From Geotalea uraniireducens Rf4 (GTDB lineage: Bacteria; Desulfobacterota; Desulfuromonadia; Geobacterales; Geobacteraceae), in NCBI RefSeq assembly GCF_000016745.1, contig NC_009483.1, positions 1,650,001-1,682,000 of the forward strand: a stretch of 32,000 bases of DNA. The letters are read 5' to 3'. Of this stretch, positions 24,695 through 30,765 are shown in pieces. Under the pieces are notes generated by a model. The model was not told where the DNA came from. It did not search any database and was given only the letters and a program-made list of their open reading frames with translations. Every line of letters starts with the position of its first letter. Positions within the stretch are counted from its first letter, which is position 1. The translations under genes were made by a program, and so were the position numbers.

Positions 24695-25108
24695 TTAAGC
24701 AGCTTTACTGTGAGCCTTGAGCACCGACAACGCCTCCGGGTCATGATCCAGCAAAACAAGAGCGCTGCTGACAGCACGGCTAGGCAATAAATCACCACTT
24801 TCGTATTTCTGGAAAGCCCGCGGGCCACCGCCGATCAAGAGGCCTGCCGCTTCCTGCGAGAGATGAAGTTTCTTACGGATACGACGAATTTCCTCCGGCT
24901 CAAGCAGCCCTTCGCTTCGGGCCTTGAGGAGATTCAACATCCGGTCGGAAACCTTCATATCCTCACCGGTATGTATACTCTCCTCTGATTGGTCACAATA
25001 CCAACCAGGCATATCGAAAGTAATGCTCTTCCCTTTGTAGGTAAGAGTCATGGGGCGCACCCCGCGATACATTGGCGCCCCCGTTTCCGGACAAACGGGA
25101 TTAGTCAT
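24695..25108 (-). CDS. mqsA: MqsA antitoxin (N-terminal zinc ribbon plus XRE-type HTH)
   Basis: CPETG...YCDQSEE is a zinc-ribbon-like N-terminus. IRRIRKKLHLSQEAAGLLIGGGPRAFQKYESGDLLPSRAVSSALVLLDHDPE parallels the E. coli MqsA HTH region. 8-nt overlap with the upstream toxin. Confidence 0.88.
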   Translation of the reverse strand: MTNPVCPETGAPMYRGVRPMTLTYKGKSITFDMPGWYCDQSEESIHTGEDMKVSDRMLNLLKARSEGLLEPEEIRRIRKKLHLSQEAAGLLIGGGPRAFQKYESGDLLPSRAVSSALVLLDHDPEALSVLKAHSKAA

Positions 25109-25418
25109 TGTCTTTCTCCTTGAACGACAGCAGCAAAAACTCGGTTATGGCATCGGCGGTAAACTTCACGTACAGCACACCCGCTTGAGACGGGACATGA
25201 TACACGTCCTGCCATAACCGGGAATCGGCATAAGCCGTCATAGATTTATAGAAATGGCCTCGCTGCATCGTCTGGATCGTGTCCACAATCTCTGCGCGTC
25301 CGTATCCAAGCGCGGCTGCACTACGAAGCGCCGTGCCTGTGACGGCAAGCTTTTCGATACTGGCAAAAGTGGCTTTAAACGCATCAAGATCGTATGTGGG
25401 TTTCCGTTTTTCGGCCAT
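25101..25418 (-). CDS. mqsR: MqsR toxin (GCU-specific mRNA interferase family)
   Basis: MAEKRKPTYDLDAFK...FYKSMTAYADSRLWQDVYHV...VLYVKF...LLSFKEK closely parallels E. coli MqsR (FYKSMTTYSDHTIWQDVYRP...VYLKI...IVSFKEK). I chose the start at 25418. Confidence 0.88.
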   Translation of the reverse strand: MAEKRKPTYDLDAFKATFASIEKLAVTGTALRSAAALGYGRAEIVDTIQTMQRGHFYKSMTAYADSRLWQDVYHVPSQAGVLYVKFTADAITEFLLLSFKEKDND

Positions 25419-25423
25419 AACCA

Positions 25424-25450
25424 CCTTATACACCATAATGGTGTGTAAGG
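25424..25450. promoter_or_regulatory. 27-nt near-perfect palindrome overlapping the mqsR SD
   Basis: CCTTATACACCA TAA TGGTGTGTAAGG, 12-bp arms with one mismatch. It lies 6 nt upstream of the mqsR start and contains the AAGGTGG SD on the minus strand. It may be an operator or a translational hairpin. Confidence 0.45.
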
Positions 25451-25595
25451 CAATTATTTCGATTTTTTTGTTAAGGGGGCGGCCCTTGAAAAGGGAATAA
25501 CGAGATAAAAACTCTGTGAAAAACGAAGTTGCCAACCATAGGGCACAGGCCAAAAGCAAGTCGATCAGCCAAAGCCCCGTTCGCAGGGAAACAAC

Positions 25596-25634
25596 TTGAC
25601 AACGAGCCGCTACTAACGTACGATTTTACGTACG
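25596..25634 (+). promoter_or_regulatory. Candidate yefM-yoeB promoter with two CGTACG operator palindromes
   Basis: TTGACA (25596-25601), 17 nt, then TACGAT (25619-25624). CGTACG lies at 25617-25622 and 25629-25634, 12 bp centre to centre. This recalls the tandem short palindromes of the E. coli yefM-yoeB operator. Confidence 0.5.
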
Positions 25635-25650
25635 AAAAGGGGGGGCAAGA

Positions 25651-25893
25651 ATGACGACACTTTCAGCAACTGAAGCGAGAAAATGCCTGTATAGCCTCGT
25701 TGATGATGTGGCAGAATCTCATCATCCGGTTCAGATCGTGGGCAAGAGGCACTCAGCGGTCCTTATCTCGGAAGAAGACTGGCGGGCAATCCAGGAAACG
25801 TTGTATCTCACATCTATACCAGGTATGCGTGAATCCATCCAGGATGGGATCAAGAAGCCGATAGAGGAGTGTGATGAGGAACTTGAATGGTGA
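25651..25893 (+). CDS. yefM: YefM antitoxin
   Basis: 80 aa. LSATEARKCLYSLVDDVAESHHPVQIVGKRHSAVLISEEDWRAIQETLYL is canonical YefM. It overlaps yoeB by 7 nt. Confidence 0.88.
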   Translation: MTTLSATEARKCLYSLVDDVAESHHPVQIVGKRHSAVLISEEDWRAIQETLYLTSIPGMRESIQDGIKKPIEECDEELEW

Positions 25894-26153
25894 CCTGGCG
25901 ACTGGTCTTTACCAAGCAAGCTCAAAAAGATGCAAAAAAGATCGCACACTCCGGCCTTAAACCCCAAGCCGAGCGACTGCTCGAAATCCTCAAAGAAAAT
26001 CCCTACAAAAATCCACCGCCATACGAAAAACTCCTGGGCGATCTGTCCGGCGCATGTTCCCGAAGAATTAATATCCAGCATCGACTGGTTTACCAGATTT
26101 TGGATGAAATCAAGACAGTGAAAGTCATCCGCATGTGGACACACTATGAGTAA
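25887..26153 (+). CDS. yoeB: YoeB (Txe) toxin
   Basis: 88 aa. W.LVFTKQAQKDAKKI...NPYKNPPPYEKLLGDLSGACSRRINIQHRLVYQI...VKVIRMWTHYE is a very typical YoeB sequence. Confidence 0.9.
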   Translation: MVTWRLVFTKQAQKDAKKIAHSGLKPQAERLLEILKENPYKNPPPYEKLLGDLSGACSRRINIQHRLVYQILDEIKTVKVIRMWTHYE

Positions 26154-26235
26154 CGGCGGATGATCAGCGAACCAACGGGGATCAGGGTTTCTGCTGTTCG
26201 GGAAAGGGCATGGGCGGCCATCATGCTTTAAGTAG

Positions 26236-26377
26236 CGGAGGAAGGCTAACTCCTCCTGTCCTCCCCTTACTTAAGGGGAGGGACGTGAAAGAGTGAGAAT
26301 GGCGGTATTTGATAATCTGATGTTGATTTTGACTTTGCATTTAGCTCCCCCTCGTAAAATAAGAGGGGGGGGGGGGA
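26236..26377. repeat. GC-rich hairpin repeats including a G11 homopolymer
   Basis: Hairpins are CCTCCCCTT actt AAGGGGAGG (26259-26280) and CCCCCTC gtaaaataa GAGGGGG (26347-26369), and an 11-G run spans 26365-26375. The style resembles the 14836 and 27914 repeats, but homology is uncertain. Confidence 0.45.
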
Positions 26378-26406
26378 GTTATGAGCTTCTGCCGGAACTT
26401 CCGGCA

Positions 26407-26943
26407 TCACTGTTTCTGCTGCTCGTCTTCCCCTGTCTTGCGGCAGTTCTCTTCAAGAAAGGCGATGAAGTCGATGTGGCTGTTGATGAACGTCAGGTTG
26501 TACCTGCTCTCGTAAAGGAGGAGGGCGCTGGCGGCGAAGAGGAACAGCCCGCCCAGAAGGGCGATTGCGGTGGGTATCCAGCTGGTTTCGGGCCCGCCGA
26601 AGGCGACATTGAAGGCTATCGCGAGGCTTGAGGCGACGAAGAGCGCCGTTGCGGTATAGAGCGCCGCCAGGGCCCGCTGGATGAGGATGGTGCGGATGCG
26701 CTGCCGCCACAGCTGGGCCCTTATGTATGCCAGCCGTTCTTCGTGAAAGGTGAAATGACCCGCCAGTATCCCCTCCACCTCGCTCTTCATGGAGTTGACC
26801 CGGTCAAAGAGCCGCCCAAGCCGGCCGGAGGTGGAAAAGATGAGGGTGCCGCAGGCGGAGATGAGCACCGCGGGGGTGATCATCGAGGTGAGGATGCGGG
26901 TGCTGGACAGGGCATCGAGGAGTTCTTTTTCGTGTAATGGCAT
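26407..26943 (-). CDS. DUF2721 family membrane protein
   Basis: 178 aa. ILTSMITPAVLISACGTLIFSTSGRLGRLFDRVNSM is the DUF2721 N-terminal signature from memory. Two C-terminal TM segments follow. Confidence 0.78.
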   Translation of the reverse strand: MPLHEKELLDALSSTRILTSMITPAVLISACGTLIFSTSGRLGRLFDRVNSMKSEVEGILAGHFTFHEERLAYIRAQLWRQRIRTILIQRALAALYTATALFVASSLAIAFNVAFGGPETSWIPTAIALLGGLFLFAASALLLYESRYNLTFINSHIDFIAFLEENCRKTGEDEQQKQ

Positions 26944-26962
26944 AATCGAAACCTCTTGATTA

Positions 26963-27847
26963 TCAGTCCCGGTAACGCTTCAGCAGGTCCCCGTAGGCGT
27001 CGATGCGCCGGTCGCGGAGAAACGGCCAGATGCGACGGACGTCCTCGCTCCTTTTCCCATCGATCTCCACCACTAGCACCTCTTCCCGGCCATTGCTTCC
27101 CTCCGACAGAAATTCCCCCTGTGGCCCGGCAACAAAGCTGTTTCCCCAGAAATCTATCCCTGCGCCCGCACCGCTCGGATCGGCTTCGAAACCGACCCGG
27201 TTGACGCTTACGAGCGGAATGCCGTTGGCCACTGCGTGGCTGCGCTGGATGGTTATCCAGGCGTCGAGCTGCCGTTTTTTTTCGGCGTCCGTGTCGTTCG
27301 GGTCCCAGCCGATGGCGGTCGGGTAGATGAGGAGTTCGGCCCCGGCCAGGGCCAGGAGCCGGGCCGCCTCGGGATACCACTGGTCCCAGCAGACCAGCAC
27401 GCCGAGCTTCCCGACCGAGGTCTGGATCGGCTCGAAACCCAGGTCGCCGGGGGTGAAGTAGAATTTCTCGTAGAATGCCGGATCGTCCGGGATGTGCATC
27501 TTCCGGTACTTGCCGGCAATGGAGCCGTCCTTTTCCAGCACCACCGCCGTGTTATGGTAGAGACCCGGTGCACGCCGCTCGAACAGCGAGGTGACGATCA
27601 CCACCCCCAGTTCCCGTGCCAGCGCCCCGAACTGCTCCGTTGCCGGACCGGGGATCGGCTCAGCCCGGTCGAAGCAACTGGTATCCTCGGTCTGGCAGAA
27701 ATAGGGGCCGCAATGGAGTTCCTGCAGGACCACCAGCTCCGTCCCTTTTGCTGCGGCTGTTCTGATCCCCGCCATGCTCTTCTCGATGGTTGCATTTCTG
27801 TCCGCTGTGCAGCTCTGCTGCACGAGTCCGACGGTCAGGTTTTTCAT
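26963..27847 (-). CDS. aguB: N-carbamoylputrescine amidase (CN-hydrolase family)
   Basis: I chose the start MKNLTVGLVQQSC. ELVVLQELH, GKYRKMHIPD and LGVLVCWDQWYPE give the Glu-Lys-Cys triad context typical of AguB. It lies next to aguA. Confidence 0.92.
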   Translation of the reverse strand: MKNLTVGLVQQSCTADRNATIEKSMAGIRTAAAKGTELVVLQELHCGPYFCQTEDTSCFDRAEPIPGPATEQFGALARELGVVIVTSLFERRAPGLYHNTAVVLEKDGSIAGKYRKMHIPDDPAFYEKFYFTPGDLGFEPIQTSVGKLGVLVCWDQWYPEAARLLALAGAELLIYPTAIGWDPNDTDAEKKRQLDAWITIQRSHAVANGIPLVSVNRVGFEADPSGAGAGIDFWGNSFVAGPQGEFLSEGSNGREEVLVVEIDGKRSEDVRRIWPFLRDRRIDAYGDLLKRYRD

Positions 27848-27913
27848 AATTATACCCCTGTAATTCACATATTTTCTCAGCACTGTTCGGTTAAGTTTTC
27901 GCAAAACCGCACT

Positions 27914-28022
27914 TCCCCCCTCACCCTAGCCCTCTCCTTTAGGCCCGATGTTTGGGTCCACAAGGGGCGAGGGGACTTTAAAGCTCCCCTCCCTTGATGG
28001 GAGGGGTTGGGGGAGGGTGCAA
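27914..28022 (-). repeat. Dispersed GC-rich repeat, copy B (inverted relative to 14836-14943)
   Basis: The reverse complement reads TTGCACCCTCCCCCAACCCCTCCCATCAAGGGAGGGG...GGACCCAAACATCGGGCCTAAAGGAGAGGGCTAGGGTGAGGGG. It lies in the aguA-aguB spacer. Confidence 0.8.
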
Positions 28023-28096
28023 TGTGCTGGTTTTCATGGCTTGGAGTGTCAGTGCAATTTTCTCCGGACATTACTGATATTTTCCAAGACCCGCCC

Positions 28097-29125
28097 CTAC
28101 GGTTTCAAAATCCCCTTCGGCAGCTGCATGGTGACGCAGTGCAGCGAGCCGTGCTGGAGGATCAGGGGGAGGCAATCGATGCCGATGATCTCCCGGTCGG
28201 GAAAGGCTTTGGCGATGGCCGCAAGCGCTGCTGCGTCGTTTTTGTCCCGGTAGGTGGGGACGAGCACTGCCCTGTTGATGATGAGGAAGTTGGCGTAGGT
28301 TGCCGGGAGGCGGTCACCCTCCTCGTCGTATCTCACTTCCGGCCAGGGAAGCGGGATCAGCCGGTAGGGGCGGCCGTTGGTTGTCCTGAAGGCCTTCAGC
28401 TCCCTTTCCATGGCAGAAAGTGCCTGGTAATGCTCGTCATCTGGATCGTCGCATGTCACGTAAGCGATGGTGTCGTTCGGACAGAGCCTGGCGAGCGTGT
28501 CCACGTGGGAGTCGGTGTCGTCTCCTGCCAGGTAGCCGTTTTCCAGCCAGAGGAAGTGCCCGGCTCCGCAGAGTTCCTTCAGCGCATCCTCCACTTCGGT
28601 TCTGCTCAGGTGCGGGTTGCGGTTCCCGTTCAGCAGGCATTCGGCGGTGGTCAGGATGGTGCCGTGACCGTCGCTCTCGATGCTCCCCCCTTCCATGATC
28701 AGTCCGATGGTCTTGAGCGGCGTGGCGCCGAACGCCCCCAATTTATGGAGACGGCGGGTGATCTGGTTGTCCTGGTCTGCGGCGAATTTCAACCCCCAGC
28801 CGTTGAAGCCGAAATCGAGGATGAGCGGCCGGCCGTCCTCAAGTACGGTGATAGGACCGAAATCCCTGGACCAGGTGTCATTGATATCCATCTCAAAGAG
28901 CCTTATCCGCTCAAGAGCCGCGCCGCTTTCCTGCAATTTTTTTCTCATCGGCGCCGTATCGGGGGCCACGACTACTACCTGCTCGATGAGGCTTATCTGT
29001 CTGACTATTTCAACGAAAACCGGCTCCACTGCGTCAAGCCATGGGCGCCAGTCGCTTCCTTCGTGGGGCCAGGCGAGGAGGACGCCGTCCTGTTCCTCCC
29101 ACTCGGCGGGTAATCTGCGCAGCAT
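28097..29125 (-). CDS. aguA: Agmatine deiminase
   Basis: MLRRLPAEWEEQDGVLLAWPH, DTWSRDFGP, EGGSIESDG.GT..TTE, DTDSHVD and the C-terminal GSLHCVTMQ are the agmatine deiminase (PAD_porph) hallmarks. The start could be 29125 or 29134. Confidence 0.92.
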   Translation of the reverse strand: MLRRLPAEWEEQDGVLLAWPHEGSDWRPWLDAVEPVFVEIVRQISLIEQVVVVAPDTAPMRKKLQESGAALERIRLFEMDINDTWSRDFGPITVLEDGRPLILDFGFNGWGLKFAADQDNQITRRLHKLGAFGATPLKTIGLIMEGGSIESDGHGTILTTAECLLNGNRNPHLSRTEVEDALKELCGAGHFLWLENGYLAGDDTDSHVDTLARLCPNDTIAYVTCDDPDDEHYQALSAMERELKAFRTTNGRPYRLIPLPWPEVRYDEEGDRLPATYANFLIINRAVLVPTYRDKNDAAALAAIAKAFPDREIIGIDCLPLILQHGSLHCVTMQLPKGILKP

Positions 29126-29169
29126 ATATTCCATCCCGGATCGAAAGATTATCGGAACTATAACCAATA

Positions 29170-29329
29170 CAAAGGTAACAAGTCAAAAGCATTGCACGCG
29201 GATAACTTCTGATCGAATCGGATAAAATCGGATTAAAGGCAACTCTAAGGGTTTAGAACAAAAGTCTTTAAATCTGCCCTTATCAGAAGTTATCCGATTT
29301 GATCCGCGTGCAATGAATTCTGCCTTTGT
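29170..29329. repeat. About 160-bp imperfect palindromic element in the aguA / MAT divergent spacer
   Basis: Arms are ACAAAGG...CATTGCACGCGGATAACTTCTGAT and ATCAGAAGTTATCCGATTTGATCCGCGTGCAATG...CCTTTGT. It shares 10-11-mers with the element at 757-874. Confidence 0.6.
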
Positions 29330-29542
29330 TTGGAGGATAATTCCGAAGATTAATGCAAAAAGGGAAGTTTATAGAAAAGAAGGGGAAAATGCAATTGTGA
29401 AGAGAACGGCCATGGCTGCGGGTGACTGTCGATGCAACCGGATGCGGGAAAGAGACGCTGCCATCGGTGAGATCGAGCTGATGAGCGGCCGTGCTTCTCC
29501 TTTTTTGTTCGTGCGATTTCTAGTCAAAATAATCGTGGTAAA

Positions 29543-30754
29543 ATGATAATCATGATAGTCGTCGAGACCTACAAGGGAAAATCGATTACCGAGCACCGGG
29601 TGGAGATCGTCGAGCGGAAGGGAACGGGGCATCCCGACCAGATCTGCGACTCGATCATGGACGCCATATCCGTGGCCCTGTCCCAGGAGTACCTCCGTGA
29701 ATTCGGCACGATCCTCCACCACAACATCGACAAGAGCCTCCTTGCCGCCGGCAGGGTCGAGAAATTTTTCGGCGGAGGTCATGTGGTGCAGCCGATGGAG
29801 CTGATCATCGGCGATCGGGCCACCTTCCGGGCCGCCGGGCGGGAGATCCCGGTCGCAGAGATCGCCGTGGCCGCCGCCAGGAAATGGCTCGGGGCAAACA
29901 TGCGCTTCGTCGATCCGGATCGGCACCTGAACTACAGGATCGTGCTCGCCCCCGGTTCGGAGGAGCTGACCGACATCTTCGCCCGGCCCGGCGAGGTCCG
30001 GGTGGCGAACGACACCTCGGCCGCCGTCGGCTATTACCCGTTGAGTCCGACGGAACGGGCCGTGCTGGATCTGGAGCGGCATCTCAACTCGGCCGCGTTC
30101 AAGGGGCGCTATCCGGAGACCGGCGAGGACGTGAAGGTCATGGGGCTGAGAAGGGTGAACGTCCTGGAACTGACGGTGGCCATGCCGCTCCTTGCGACTT
30201 TTATCCGGTCGGAAGAGGAGTATTTCGCCCGCAAGGAGGCGATACTCAAGGAAATGCAGGGATTTCTCGGCGACTATACCGGCTTCAGGAGGCGAGAGGT
30301 CCATTTCAACGGCCTCGATGCGCCCGGCCGGGGACTCGGCGGCGTCTACCTGAGCCTGCTCGGCACATCGGCCGAGGATGCGGATTCGGGCCAGGTGGGG
30401 CGCGGCAACCGGGTGAACGGCCTCATCTCCATGAACCGGCCGATGGGGACCGAAGCTGCTGCCGGAAAAAACCCGGTGAGCCACGTGGGGAAGATTTACA
30501 ACGTCCTCGCCCACAAGATCGCCCGGGAAATCTTTGAAACCATTGACGGCATAAAGGAGGTCTACGTGCTGCTCCTCAACAGGATCGGCACCCCCATCGA
30601 TCAGCCGCAGATGGCCACCGCCCAGCTTCTCCTTGAGCGGGGACGGAAGATCGACGAGATAGCAAAGACCGTGGAAGACATCTTCGAACGGGAATTTGCC
30701 GGGATAAACGCCTTCTGCACGGCGCTTGCCCGGGGGGAGTATCCGGTCTGCTGA
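29543..30754 (+). CDS. Archaeal-type S-adenosylmethionine synthetase (methionine adenosyltransferase, PF01941-like)
   Basis: VEIVERKGTGHPDQICD, GTILHHNIDK, ANDTSAAVGY.PLS.TER, EDVKVMGLR, LGTSAE.ADSGQVGRGNRVNGLI, and GKNPVSHVGKIYNVLA all parallel Methanocaldococcus-type MAT as I remember it. It is unlike bacterial MetK. Confidence 0.9.
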   Translation: MIIMIVVETYKGKSITEHRVEIVERKGTGHPDQICDSIMDAISVALSQEYLREFGTILHHNIDKSLLAAGRVEKFFGGGHVVQPMELIIGDRATFRAAGREIPVAEIAVAAARKWLGANMRFVDPDRHLNYRIVLAPGSEELTDIFARPGEVRVANDTSAAVGYYPLSPTERAVLDLERHLNSAAFKGRYPETGEDVKVMGLRRVNVLELTVAMPLLATFIRSEEEYFARKEAILKEMQGFLGDYTGFRRREVHFNGLDAPGRGLGGVYLSLLGTSAEDADSGQVGRGNRVNGLISMNRPMGTEAAAGKNPVSHVGKIYNVLAHKIAREIFETIDGIKEVYVLLLNRIGTPIDQPQMATAQLLLERGRKIDEIAKTVEDIFEREFAGINAFCTALARGEYPVC

Positions 30755-30765
30755 AGTGATCCGCA

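Noticed and set aside
29478-29485. CTGATGAG, the hammerhead ribozyme core word, in the MAT leader
   Set aside because: There is no appropriately placed GAAA, stem II/III or cleavage-site context downstream. I treat it as a chance 8-mer.
29399-29506. SAM-I riboswitch upstream of the SAM synthetase gene
   Set aside because: The conserved SAM-I core elements (GAGGGA, GGCCC, GGUGCUAA, the AGA closing of P1) are absent. Only GCAACC is present. I kept the region as an unclassified structured leader in the findings.
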